From assembly GCA_010909165.1 (NCBI GenBank), contig VJWM01000238.1:186001-250000 (forward strand): DNA of 64,000 bases, read 5' to 3'. Below, piece by piece: positions 34,683 to 48,300 of this stretch. The DNA comes from Anthoceros angustus. Taxonomy: Eukaryota > Plantae > Anthocerotophyta. The notes below the pieces were generated by a model. The model did no database searches. It had not been told where the DNA came from and saw nothing but the letters and a program-made list of their open reading frames with translations. The position numbers and the translations under genes were made by a program. Within the stretch, counting starts at the first letter, position 1, and every line of letters begins with the position of its first letter.

Positions 34683-34884
34683 ATGAAATCGTTCGTAGCG
34701 TGGATGCGTGGAGGCGTGAGGTAGTTAAGGAATTCGAGAGTCGGACGTTGTGTTGCCCGGGCGCTCGGCGCAGCGTGAGGCACGAGCTCGAGGCGAGGAC
34801 CACCCAGCGTAAGTGTGGTGGGTTGTCGGATCGAGGAGGAGACCCAAGTCGGTGGTAAGGCGGTTCCTCATCCCCCTTCCGGCG

Positions 34885-37800
34885 ATGGACAACGTCGACC
34901 AAGCGAATTCTCTTTGGAGGTAAGAAGGAGGAGAGAAACCTTCGTGGAGGATTTTGTGTCTCGGGCAAACTTCAACGGAGAAGGTTCGGACTTGAATTTG
35001 TTCAAGGGGTCTCCTGCGGGTGACTCGGTGTCGGAAATCTGGGCCGCCTCGAGGCACCCCTGCAACCTTGAGCATTGAAGGATGCCTTCTTAGAAAGATT
35101 CGCGGAATCGATCAAGAAGGCTACATCTTGTCCAAACTCGAGAACAGGCGAGGAAAGGACTGGATGTGGTGCGGATGTGAGCGATCGGACGCGACGGGTC
35201 CCGCGTTTGGCCATACCGGCTGTCGGTGAACGTTGTGAGTAGTTAGGAGTATGTGTGTGTTGAGGCGAGCGGCGCTAAGTAAGAGGAATCACACGCAGAA
35301 AGCCTATCATTCCCTTGGGAACGGACTTCTTCCTACAACGACACGGGATTGTGCGCGGTGGCCATCGAAAGTCGCCACATTTTGGCGCCGTTGGAATGAA
35401 ATCGTTAGCCGTGGATGCGTGGAGGACGTGAGGTAGTTAAGGAAGAGTTCGAGAGTCGGACGTTGTGGCGCCCGGCTCGAGCGCACGTGAGAGACGAGAG
35501 CTCGGGAGGACACCAAGAAGTGTGGTGGGTTGTCGGATCGAGAGGAGGGCGACCAAGTCGGGCGTAAGGGTTCCTCATCCCTTACCATCGCGGCGATGGC
35601 AACAACGTCGACCAAGCAAGCGTATTCTCTTTGGAGGTAAGAAGGAGAGAGCGAAACCTTTGGAGGATTTTGTGTCTCGGGCAAACTTCGGAGAAGGTTG
35701 GATGCAGCTCATTCAATTGTTCCAAGGGTCCTCGGCGGGCTCGTATCGGAGGAAATACCCCGCCTCACGCACCCCGCAACCTTCAAGCATTGAAGGATGC
35801 CTTCTTAGAAAGATTCCGAATCGATCAAGAAGGCTACATCTTGTCCAAACTCGAGAAGAGGCGAGGAAAGACGGAGAAGTTGGGATCGTACATCGAGCGG
35901 TTCTACAGCGCTGGACCGCACCCACTCACACTACCATGCGGTGATGCGTTGGTTCGCGGCTTATCCAAGCCATGGCTAAGCACGTCTCTTTGGGAGAAAG
36001 ATGTGAGCAAGGCGGTCCGGGCGGAGAGAACTATGAAGAATCGATGCACCAACGACGGCCGAGGACTCCTCCAGGAGGAAAGAAGAAGAAGAAAGCGGTC
36101 GGACTCGAAGATGAAGAACCCGGACGAAGGAGGATGAGGCGAGGCGTCGGAGGAAGAGGAAGAGGACTCAGGAAGAATCCAGGAGGCCATGGAAGAAGAA
36201 GAACCCCGAAAATAGAAGAAGAAGAAGCCCGTGGTCGGACGGAGGGTGGAAAGAAGGAGGTCATGATGCATGCCGGCGAGAGGTCCGGCCAGCTCCTTTG
36301 AAGGAAGTAGCGGGGCTGAGGGAAGATCTAGAACGGGTAATGAAGAGGGTGGAGGAGTTGACGATCAACCAGGTGAAGGATAAAGAACGGCGTAAGGCGG
36401 CCACCACGGTCCGTACTCATCTGTGGTGTGCGGTGTGTCACCAACATGGGCATTCGAAGGCCAACTGCCCCTCCAGACCCGTGAACCAGGTGGAGTACGA
36501 CTACGGGGAAGAGTCCGAGGAACAGTGGGAGGACGCATACCAAGTGCAAGAAGCACAACCGGGACCACGGTATCCGACGATGTACCCACAGCGGTGGTCC
36601 GTCTGCATCGACCTCCGTCTGCAACGCATGGGAGCCCCTCCAGAATTCTCGGGCGGCGGTGGTGCTGGGCTGTGGGAACCCGGACACTACTCCAACGCTG
36701 TCCCTACCCCAGACAAGGTAGCGGAGACTTTGAGCAGGTGTGGAGTTATGGCGGTGGGGCACATGCGGTACCAATGTCCGAATCCTCGCTCGAGGACGCT
36801 CGCAACTCTGGGGAGCCAAGACCAACGCCCCCTCCCTAAGGCTGCATGCTACAAATTGAAGGCACAAGGCGGGCGGAGTGGGAGGAGGCAGGGGCACAAG
36901 CGAGGTGGTACGGCAAGTTCGCCAAGGAAGAAGGCGGACTGGAGGTCTTGGAAGTATCAACCCGGCCGAAAGGAGCGGAAGGAGCGGAGGCAGTAAGAGG
37001 AAGAAAATGAGGATAGTCCCACGGATACGGAGGACGGAACACCTGAAGGAAGCCGAACCCGCCAAAGAGGCGAGTTAAACCGGGCCTCCCGGAGAATCCC
37101 AACGGAGTCTCGGGAGGCGGACTCACCACAGCGCCCGCGATTTCCGGATGTGGTTGAAGTGGCCGAGATGCTTCAAGAAGAACTCCCAGGACCCAGTAGT
37201 CCGGCCACCACGGCAGTAACAAGCCTGGAGGAGACAAGGCGAGCAGCGTGGTGGCGGAGAACTATGAAGAATCGATGCACCAACGACGGCCGAGGACTCC
37301 TCCAGGAGGAAAGAAGAAAGAAGAAACGGGTGGACTCAAGATGAAGAACCCTGACGAGGAGGATGAGACCGAGGCACGGAGAGGAAGAGGAAGAGGACTC
37401 AAGAACTGAGGAGGTCATGGAAGAAGAAGAACCCACCAAAAAATAAAGAAGAAGAAGCCCGTAGTCGCGGAGGGTGGAAAGAAGGAGGTCATGATGCCCG
37501 CACTGAGAGGTCCTCGACCCACCTTTGAAGGAAGGAAGTGGGAGGAAGATCTAGAACGGTAATGAAGAGGTGGAGGAGTTGACGATCAACCGTGTGAAGG
37601 ATAAAGAACGGCAAGGCGGCCACCACGGTCCGACTCATCTGTGGTGTGCGGTGTGTCACCAACATGGGCAAGGCCAACGCCTCCGCACCGGAACCGTGGA
37701 GTATGACTACGGGAAGAGTCCGAGGAACAGTGGAGGATGCATACCAAGTGCAAGAAGCACAACCGGACCACGATCCCAGACGATGTACCCCGGCAGGTCC

Positions 37801-38340
37801 GTGCATCGACCTCCGATGCAAGACGCATGGGAGCCCCTCCAGAATTCTCGGCGGTGGTCGTTGGAACTGTGGAACCCGGACACTACTCCAACGTCCCATA
37901 CCCCACCGCATAAGGTAACGGAGACTTTGAACGCGTGTGGAGATTGTAAGGGTGCGGGCACATGCCTGTCCGAATCCTCGCCGAGGACGCACGCCACGCA
38001 ACCCTGGGGAGCCAAGACCACCACGCCCCTCCCTAAGGCCTGTATATAAATTGAAGACGCACGGAGGAGGAGGCACCGAGGAGCTCGAACGAGGTGGTAC
38101 AAGCAAGTTCGCCAAGGAGAAGAAGGCGGACTGAGGTACCGGAAGTGTCAACCCGAGTCAAAGGAGCGAAGGAACGGAGACAGTAAGAGGAAGAAAATGA
38201 GGATAGTCCCACGGATACGGAGGACGGAACACCGCTGAAGGAAGCCGAACCCGCCAAAGAGGACGAGTTAAACCCGCCAGAGAGAAGAACCCCAAAAGCC
38301 ACCGGAGTCTCCGAGAAGCGACTCACCCACGGCAACGCAG
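34885..38340 (+). pseudogene. gag: gag (duplicated segments, frameshifted) with CCHC zinc knuckles
   Basis: Starts near 34885 and again at 35596 (ILFGGKKE..KPLEDFVSRANF, ALKDAFLERF). Knuckle CAVCHQHGHSKANC at 36427-36468, a second degenerate knuckle at ~36735-36780, and a duplicate at ~37640. Confidence 0.82.
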
Positions 38341-38459
38341 CTTCCACCGGATGTGGTTCGAAGTGACCGAGATGCTTCAAGAAGAACTCCGACAGACCTG
38401 GAGTCCGCCACCACAGCAAGCCAAACGGAGGAGACAAGGCGAACGCGTGACGCGGGAGA

Positions 38460-41400
38460 ACCACCCGCCCTTTCAAGGTGGCCGACTTGATGATGGACCA
38501 ACAACACTTGGTGTCCCTTAGGCGATTGTTAAAGGACAACCAGTATCGGCGAAGTCGGAAGGCCATCGAGGAACGCAACCACGCGGAACTCCTTGGTGGG
38601 AAGGGCAGAACGTGGAGGTAAGGTCGTATCTCATACGGACCACAGGCGCCGATGGTGCGGTGGAAGTGCGGGGTGTGTAATTAAAGCGTGCCTCTAGATA
38701 CGGTCGGGAGTGAACCTCATCAAGGGCCACAAAGGCAGTGGGGTTCACCACCTTGAGCCATCCACCAAAACCCTCGGGATGGCGGACATGTCGCGCAGCG
38801 CCAGGGAGTTGTCCGAGTCCAAGCCACCATAGCGGAGCCCCTATACATTAGATTTTGTCGTCATCGGACCCGGACCCACAGGGTATGAGGTCTGTTAGGG
38901 GGCCTTGGGCCTCGCTCGGACAAAACTACACTTGGACGGAAGGAAATACACTTCAAGCCGGTGGGTGGGATCCGAAGGTGAGGGAAGGACGGTAGCGATT
39001 ACAGGAGTAAGGACGTCTTGTGGAGAAAGCCGGCCCAGGAGGGTACACCTCCCGAAGGCAGTGGGGACGATGAGCGAGGATACGAATGAGGACTACCCTT
39101 TCCCAAAATCACGTGGTCGAGGAGGAGATGGATTGGGAGGGCCTTTGGAGCGGAGGTGGGCGAGGAGGTCATCGATTGTTTTAGGGTGGACTCTGCGCGG
39201 AGAGCGGGGAAGGCAATCAAGAGGAGGGTCCAGCGGAGGGCGGGAAGTAGGAGGAAACCGTTTCACTCGGACGAGCTCTTTGGGAGTGGGGAATGCGTGA
39301 AGATGAACCGGATGGAGGGCAGACGGTTGGCGGCGCAAGAGAAAGGAGGCAGTCAACGGGATGTGGAAGGCGTGGAGGTTCGCCCGAAATTCCTCAAATT
39401 CATGCATCGGAGGGTTAAACGAGACCTCACGATTGTTGGGGAATTCAGTGGGGTGTTTGCTTTCAAGGTCACGGACATGAAAGGCATTCAAAGCGATTGG
39501 GAACCGGATAGATCTGAAGCCGAGGCGGTGCTGTTCGGATTAGGCGGTATAAAGCGAATCCCAAGCACTCGCTCAAGGTCAAGGAAGTCCTGGATAAGTA
39601 TCACAGGCGGACATCATCTTCCCAATCGTAAGCGGTGAGTGGGTGGCGCCCATTGTGGTCGTGAAGAAGCGGCGAGGCGGTGATCGGGGCTCGCCACGGA
39701 AAGGACCATTTCCCATGCCCTTTGTGGACGACATCTCTTGGACAAGGTGGCGTCGGAGTACCTACTCCTTCGGCTACTCAAACCACATACACCTAAGGAG
39801 TCGGTGGGATAAGACAACATTCACCACGGAGTGGGGACGTTTACTACAAGTGCCTTGGGATACAGAGCACCGGATCATTATGCGGATGGTGACCAATGTC
39901 TTAAATTCTGAGGACTTCATGGAGGTGTTCTTGGACCACGTGCGGAGAGGAGGACAAACACGTGGGACATTTGCGGAAGTGTTTGGAGCGATGTAGGGAC
40001 TCAGCGTGCATCCAGAATGCTACTTGGCATAGCGAGAGGAATCTTGTTGGGGCAAGTCGGTAAGAGGGATAGAGGTGGACCAAGACAAGGTGAAAGTCAT
40101 CCATCCTGCGGCCCAGAACTTGAAGGAGTTACGATTCACAGGCATGGTAGGTTACTATAGGCGTTTCATACAAGATTTTGCAAAGCGGGCCTCCAGCTAG
40201 AGCTACTCGGGAAGGAGGAGGAATGGACACGGGCGCGAGAAAGGGCGGCATTCGAGACCTCAGACCACTCAGTGTGCCCGTACTCAAAGGACGGGAGAAG
40301 CGATTCCATGTATGCGTGGATGTGTCGCGCCATCGGGTAGTGCTCGATCAAAAAAGATAAGCGGAGGATCACCCAATCTACTACGGAAGGCGGCTCACGC
40401 CGAGCAGGTACACTACTACGGGCGGGAGGCATTGGGTATGGTATCGCGTTAAAATTCGAGACACTACCTTTAATGAGTTTGTGTTCTATGTTGATCACTT
40501 GCGCTCAAGCATTTGGTGAACAAGGCGGACTTGTCGGATTGCGAGGTGGATTACATTGCTACAGGAGTTCACATTTGAGGTGGAGACTAGGCAAGGGCGG
40601 CAACACGCGACTTCTTGTCCAGTTAAAGCGGGCCATCTGCGGGATCAAGAGGCGCCTTCCGGATGAGGAATTGGTGGCGGCGATAGAGGAGGAGGTAGAG
40701 GAGCACAGTAGGACAAACCCAAGGCGGTGAGCCCCTGGCGGGCGGAGAAGGGAGGCGGGCCGGGCGGCCCTCTTCTGCGAGTTGGAGCAGTACCTATGGG
40801 AGATGGAGCTACCAACGAATCGAACTGGGCCCAGCCTTTGTGCACTCGCTCGCCCTTTCCGGGTATAGCAGTGCATCTTTAAGGTAGGCGGACGGTGTGG
40901 AGCGAAGGTACCTCCAGCAGTGAGCGGAGGTGGTAATAAAGGGGATGCACGACACTAGGTGGTGGACATTGCGTGAGTCACCACCAAGAAAATCTTGGAG
41001 GGTGAGTCTTGGTGGCCCACCATGTATGGGGAAACACACCATTTGTGAAGAAGTGTGATGCTTGTCGTGGATCGGGAAGCCGGCCACAACTCAATGGCCG
41101 TTAGTGCCCATACTAGCACTAGCGCCTTTTGAGAAATGGGGCATCGACCCGTTGGACCTATCGATAGCGACCGGGCACACGGTACATCTTGGTGGCGGAC
41201 TCGCACCGGTGGGTTGGGCGGTCGCTACGAGCGGACTCTGCGAGCACGGTGGCCAAATTCCTCTCGAAAACATCATCACAAGGTATGGGTGTCCGTTGCT
41301 GGTAGCGATAGGGGAACCCATTTCCTCAATGATGTGATAAGCGCAATGACGGACTATTTCGGCATCACACATCGTAAAACGGCCCCTACAATCCAAGGCC

Positions 41401-42295
41401 AGCGATGTGGAAGACCAATGGACTTATCGCATCCTCAATAAAATGACGGTTAACTATGCGCACGATGGGATACAAAGCGCCATCTATGGGCGTTGAGCGG
41501 AAGGTAACCACGCATAGCGAACTCCGTGCTCGACCTATGGGCACTCACCCGTTATGCGGTCGAGTTTGAGGTGCCAACACTCCGGGTCATGATGGAAAGG
41601 CGCTTAACGGATGAAGAGCCAAGCTGGAGCGGTTGCTAGGGTTTTGTCTGACGGAGGACCGGGAAGAGGCGCAGCGAATGCAAGGCATAATCAACGCAAT
41701 GACGGACTATTTCGCATCACACATCGTGACGGCCCCTACAATCCAAGGCCAGCGGTGTGAGAAGACCAATGGACTTATCCGCATCCTCAATAAGTGACGG
41801 TTAACTATGCGCACGATACAAAGGCCGCCATCGGCGCTATGGGCGTTCGAGCGGCAGAAGGTAACCACGCGAACTCCGTATCTCGACCTATGGGCACTCA
41901 CCCGTTATGCCGGTCGAGTTTGAGGTGCCAACACTCCGGGTCATGATGGAAAGGCGCTTAACGGATGAAGAGAGCCAACTGGAGCGGTTGCTAGGGTTTT
42001 GTCTGACACGGAGGACCGGGAAGAGGCGCAACAGCGAATGCAACTGGTACAGAATCAACGCAAGCTGTGGCATGATAGGCGCCTTAGGAATCAGGAGTAT
42101 GTGAAGGAGGGAGATCTGGCCCTCCTTTACGACAGCCGACATATGCACTTCCCAGGTAAACTCCACCTACGATGGATGGGGCCTTACCAAGTCGTACGAG
42201 TATACCCCAATGGGTCCGTTCAGCTTCGGCAGTTGGATGGTGAACTGCTGCCCACTCGGGTGAACGGGTGGCGGGTGAAAAAGTACCACGCTTAG
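38460..42295 (+). pseudogene. pol: pol: aspartic protease, reverse transcriptase, RNase H, integrase (frameshifted)
   Basis: Degenerate LD(T)G.GVNLI at ~38690. RT EWVAPIVVVKK, FPMPFVDD, TTFTTEWG at ~39630-39840. RH FHVCVD at ~40305. INT PFEKWGID, YGCP..L.SDRG.HF.N at ~41125-41340. C-terminus GKLHLRWMGPYQVVRVYPNGSVQL..DG..TRVNGWRVKKY-stop at 42295. Confidence 0.92.
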
Positions 42296-42315
42296 TGTTG
42301 GCGGAGGCAAGCGGT

Positions 42316-42326
42316 GAGAAGGGAGT
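42316..42326 (+). promoter_or_regulatory. Polypurine tract
   Basis: gagaagggag ~20 nt after the integrase stop and directly before ta-TGTGGACTACGG. Confidence 0.75.
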
Positions 42327-42327
42327 A

Positions 42328-45300
42328 TGTGGACTACGGACTTCCAGGGGTTAGAAATTAGGTAGGTTTTGTTTTTGTGGGAGGCGAAGGATAAAATGAG
42401 GCGAAAAGGAGGAAATAAGCCGGTTAGCACTCGGGCACTCGGAGTATACTCCGACTCGGAGTGAGGCGTGCCTAGACCTACGATGGCGGGCGGCAGGGTA
42501 AGTCCGGACCCACTCCAGGACCAGGCGGGATAAATCGCGGAAGTAACTTAGAAGTTGGGCGTAAGGGCCGGAGGCGGCGCCACGTGGGCGACCACAGTGG
42601 AGGGCAGGCATGCGTGGTCGGGACCGTAACCTTGCAGGCCGTTATAGCGGTATTCACGCCGCTGGGCAGCGGAGTAAGGCCAGTAAGCGCGAGTAAGCCA
42701 TGCGAGACCTCGGCGATTCTGGACGAGGAAGAGGCGCCCTCAGCCGGTTACTCCGGCGTGGTCGCGGAAGAAGGTCATTTCGCGGCCTCGAGACAATTCT
42801 CGCGATCTCTTGCGCTCCGCAATCCGGCTCTCTGGCGGTATCTCGTGGGACACTCGGACGTCTTCGGGCGCGGCTCACCGTTGAGGTCGGAGAAGCGAGC
42901 AGCGAGGCGTGCGGTCTTACAAGCGGCGGCAACCGGAGAAGGCGATGGCACCCAAAAGCCGCGGAAGTTTGGGAGCCATGGAACCTTGTGGAGCGCAACA
43001 TTGTGACCGCGCTATCCGGACTTTGGGCTCGCTCCGAGGCGGGGTGGTGCGGGAGTGGCATTTGGATGTGTTCCAAATGGTCCGGACATTTGGCACTCTG
43101 GTCGGGAGTTTGCGGAAGATCTTGGCGGTCAACAAGGAGGTGCGGTCCAAGAACCTCCGGAGGACCCAAGGCGATGGACCTTGGAGGTCTGAGGCGGCCT
43201 ACCGCCCAAGGAGGGAGTGGTGCGGGCCCCTCAAGGCGAAGGGAAGATAGGTCCACGGCGATGCTAAGGCTGGGGCAGCGGACCCAGCGGTTGGTGATAT
43301 CCAGACTGTTGACGGTGGTCGAGTAGGCGGTGGCCGGATCATCGTCCTGGAACCTACTCACCAAGGTGGATCACCTTGGTGATAATCTATTAGTGTTCAC
43401 CTGCAGCGTTGCGGGGAAGAAGGCGGGGAAGGATTATCTTCGCCCGGTTTAGCGAGGCTCATAGCTCGGGGCGAAGCCCCGCCATCAGGGCATCCCCATA
43501 CACGATCCATGTATGGGGCATTTGAACTCCTCGGGAAGGAGAGCTTGAGCGGCTCGGAAAGGGCTGGGAGGAGTGGGCGGGCAAGGCGGAGGAGGAGGCG
43601 GTCGAAAAAAAGCGGACTCGGGAGGAGGATGGCGGGAGGATTCCGGACTCCATACGTGGAGCGGACCCCTCACCACCCAGTATGGGAAGCAATTCCTCCC
43701 TCCTGGTGCCCCAGCAGGCAGCAGTGGCCCGGCCCCCGGCCCGCCATCACTCGGTGAGCCCCGGACCGGAGGCGAAGAGGCCAAGACCACGGCTGCGGCA
43801 CCCAGTCGGTGCCGGTACCTCTTCCCTGCGGGTGGCAAGCGGAGGAAGCGATGGGAGGCGAGAAGGAAGGCCGGGAGGCGGAGGACAGCGGCCGCATCAG
43901 GCGTCTCGCCCGGCGGAAGGGGCAAAAGGCGTGCTCCGGACTCCATCACCTCCGAGCCCAGGAGAAAAGGCGGAGAAGGAGCTCGCGCCAAAAGGGCCAA
44001 GGAGGAAGAGGGGGGTGGTGCGGGCCCCTCAAGGCGAAGGGAAGATAGGTCCAGCCACAGCGATGCTAAGGCACAGGGCGCAGCGGACCTGTGTTGGTGA
44101 TATCCACATGGACGAGTCGTGGCGGATCGCCATCACTGGAACCTACTCACCAAGGTGGATCACCTTGGTGATAATCTATTAGTGTTCCCGCAGCGCGGGG
44201 AAGAGGGTGGGAAGGATTATCTTCGCCCGGTTTAGCGAGGCTCAGCTCGGGGCGAAGCCCCGCCATCGGTCCCCATACGATCCATGTATGGGGCATTTCA
44301 ACTCCTCGGGAAGGAGAGCTTGAGCGCTCGGAAGGGCCCGAGGCCCTCCGGGAGTGGAGCGGGCAAGGCCGGGAGGAGGCAGTCGACAAAAACCAAACGG
44401 ACTCGGGAGGAGGATGGCGGAGGATTCGGACTCCATACGTGGAGCGGACCCCTCACCACCCAGTATGGGAAGCAATTCCTCCTCCTTCGGTACTGCCAGG
44501 CAGCCGAGCGGCGCGGCCCCAGCGCCACGGCCATCACTCCGGTGAGCCCGCCGGACCGGAGAGCCGAAGCGCAAGACCACGGCTACGCACCCCAGTCGGT
44601 GCAGTACCTCTTCCCACAGTGGCAAGAAGCGGAGGAAGCGATGGGAGGCGAAGGGGCCGCCCGGGAGGCGAGGAGCACAGCAGCAGCCGGGCAGTCATCG
44701 CCGGCGGAAGGGGCAAAAGGCGTGCTCCGGACTCCATCACCTCCGCCGAGCCCGAGGAAAAAGGCGGAGAAGGAGCTCATGCCAAAAGGGCCAAGGAGGG
44801 GAAGCTCGGACTCGGCCTCGGGACCTAAGGGTCTGATTGGGTCGAGAACCAGTCCGGACTTGCTCGGGGCTGCGGTATGGAGGTCCTTGACGGACCGAGA
44901 TCCGGCTCCGACGGACTTTGTGGGAGCCTCACGGCGGCCGTGGAGGAAACACGGCGGGTCAGCTACCGTCATGGACGGTATGCTCAGAGTCTGTCTTGGG
45001 ATGGCAGAAGGCCGGAGGTGGAAGCCACCGGGCGCATGGTGCTCCTCCGAGGCAGTTGGAGGAGCCAGGCGAGAAGGAAGGCCGGCTCTCGGGATTGAGG
45101 AAGGAAGCCGGGAGGCGGAGAGGAGGTTTGGTCCATCGCAGGGGCCGGACCAAATTCCTTTGGAGGAGCAGTGGCAGCCAAGGAGGCCCAAGCAGGCGGA
45201 GGACCTCTGAGGCGGAGGCGGAGGCGAGGAGGCGAGAAGGAAGGCCGGGAGGCGGAGGCGGAGGCGGAGGACCTCGGGAAGGAGGCGGCCGGCGGACGAG

Positions 45301-48300
45301 CCAAGGCTGGAGGCTCGGTGAAGGTGGCCAGGAGGCGGAGGCCACGGCGAGGCCGATCGCGATCACTATCGGCGTGATCGGGCCGGTGGAGGCGGCCAGG
45401 AGCGGCCAATCGAAGGCCGAGCAAGTGGCGCGGAGCAAAGCAGTCGAGCCGTGAGGAGGCGGAGGCCCGGCACGGGATTGGGGACCTCGAGTGCAGTGCG
45501 AGGTAGAAGGCGGAGGCGGGGCTGGAGGACAACAAGGACACCTTGGGTTGCAACTCCAAGATGCATCGCGCGGGGGTTCTCAACGAGAGAATCCAAGACT
45601 TCGAGCGAGAGGTGGAGCCTCCAGCTCCGCTTGAAGACGGAGGAGAAGCGGGTGCAAGGAGTTCGGCGTCGCCGGTTCGGCGGGATGTGGCGGAAGCTGA
45701 GCCTGACGGGATACCGCCCGCCTGGAGAAGGAAGTGGAGGACCTCCGGAAAGAATAGAAGAAGGGAGGAAGCCTTTGGAGGAAAAGTCTGCTGCTCGTCC
45801 GGTTGCGAAGCGAAGGAGCTCGGCTCCATGGCCCGCAAAATGGCGGAGGCGGAGGACAACAAGGACACCTTTGGAGGAGAGGAGGAGAGCGGCGGCGAAG
45901 GTTGCAAGAGGTGAGGCAGCCTTGGCGGCCTCAAGAGTCCGCCTACGGTGGTGAGCTTGGCCACGGAGGCAGGCGCGGGCGGGCGATCTGCTCGATTCTG
46001 GAGCACCTTTGGAGGAGAATGCAGGTGCTCGGGCTCATGTGGAGGAGGCGATTCAGCAAGTCGATTCCGACCGCCTACTACCGAGCTCCTCAAGGCTCTG
46101 GAGGTCTGCGCCACCCTAGGCGGGAGGTGGACTTCGGAAGGAGGAGGAGGCGAGAAGGAAGTGGAGCGGACCGGGGGCGGCACCAGGAGTCCTAGGAGGG
46201 TTGACAGCGGCAGCAGCGGCGAAGGAGGCGGCGGAGGAGGCCGGGAGGAGGAAGGGCCACACAGGAGGTAAGCCCTCGGCACCCTCGCATGGAAGGACGA
46301 GGGAGGATCTTGAAGGGAAAGGGGCAAAGGCGTGCTCCTGACTCCATCACCTCCGCCGAGCCCTGGAGAAAAGGCGGAGAAGGAGCTCGCGCCAAAAGGG
46401 CCAAGGAGGGGAAGCTCCGAGCCAAGACTCGTGACCTAAGGGTCCCGATTGTCCGAGAACCCACCGGACTTACCCGATCTGGTATGGAGGTCCTGACGTG
46501 GATGCCGGCCCCCACGGACTTTGTGGGAGCCTCATCACAGCGGAGGAAACACCGCCACCGCCATGGACGGTATGCCTGGGTCTCGGATGGCCGAGAAGGC
46601 CTGGAGGTGGAAGCCACCCGAGGCGCATGGTGCTCCTCCGAGCTTGGAGGGAGCCCAGAGGCGAGAAGGAAGGCAAGCTCGGATTGATTGAGGAAGGCCG
46701 GGAGGCGGAGAGGGAGGTTTGGTCCATCCGCGATCGACCAAATTCCTTCACCGAGGAACAAGTGCCAAGGAGGCCCAAGCGGAGGACCTCTGCAGAGGGC
46801 GAGCGCAACAGAAGCGAGGACGCCCGGGCGCAAGAACGGGCGGGATCTCGCGAGGCAGCCCGACCGACCGAGCCAAGCCGAGAGGCTCGTGAAGGTGGCC
46901 AAGGAGGCGGAGGCCACGGCGAAGGCCGATCGCGATCACGGCGTGATCGAACCGTGGAGGAGGCGGCCGAGAGAGCCGGCCAATCAAGGCCGAGCAAGTG
47001 GTCAGCAAGCACGTTGAGCTGAGGAGGCGCTGAGGCCAAGACCCGGGAGATTGGGGACCTCGGTGCACCGCAGGAGGTAGAAGGCGGGTGAGCCGGAGGA
47101 CAACAAGGACACCTTGGAGTTGCAACCCAAGATGACGGAGCGCAGGGGTTCTCAACGAGAGAATCCAAGACTTCGAGCGAGAGGTGAACGCCCAGCCCGC
47201 TTGAAGACGGAGGAGAACAAAGGGCGGTGCAAGGAGTTCGACGCCGCAAGTTGCGAGATGTGGCGGAAGCCGAGTGACGGATACCGCCCGCCTGGAGAAG
47301 GAAGTGGAGGACCTCCGGGAAAGAATAGAAGAAGGGAGGAAGGCACTGGAGGAAAAGGTACAGCTCGTCCGGTTGCAGGAAGCAGAAGGAGAGCTCAGCT
47401 CCATGGCCCGCAAAATGGCGGAGCTGAAGCAACAACGGGAGGAGGAGAACGCCGAGCAGCAGCGAAGGTTGCAAGAGGTAACGGAGGCAGCCTTGACGGC
47501 CTCAAGGGAGTCCGCCCGCCCATACCGTGAGCTTGGCCACGAGACAGCCAACGGGCGATCCGCCCGCCACGAGCACCTGGAGGAGGGAGTACCGGGTGCT
47601 CCGGGCTCATGTGGAGGAGGCGATTCAGCAAGTCGATTCCGACCGCCTACTACCACGCAGCTCCTCAAGGCTGAGGTCCCGCGCCACCCTAGGCGGGAGG
47701 GTGGACTTCGGAAGGACGAGGGAGGAGGCGAGGAGGACGGACCCGGGACAAGACAACCTGGAGTCCTAGGAGCGCTGCTTGACGACGGCAGCAGCAGCGA
47801 AGGAGAGGGAGGAACCGGGAGGAGGAAGGGGCGCCACACCGAGGTAAGCCCCCGACCTCGCATGGAAGGACGAGGGAGGATCTTGAAGGGAAAGGGGCAA
47901 CCGGGCATTCGGGAACCAAGGGAGGGCTCGATGGATGAACCCGTGGCTAGCCCGTGAGGAGGCATGCCGAGCGAGGTCGGACTTTGTCCGGACTCAGAAA
48001 GGACCAGGGTCGGCCCCAGGTCTGGACTTAGGGATCCAGACTCTGGTAGTCCGGACCACGAGGTCCGGACCCTGTGGAAGGGTTGGGTCGAGGCCGGACC
48101 CGGAGGCCGGACCTAGAGGTCCGGACTGAAGGCGGGCCGGAGGCCGGACCCGGAGGAAGGCCGGACCTAGAGGTCCGGACTCGAGTCGAGGCAGTCTGAG
48201 GTCCAAACTCGGGAGTGGGGAGAGCCGTCCACCCCCAGATCCAACCCTTGAGGGCCCAGCGAGGGCCGCCGAGAGAGAAGAGGGAGGACGAGGAGGACTT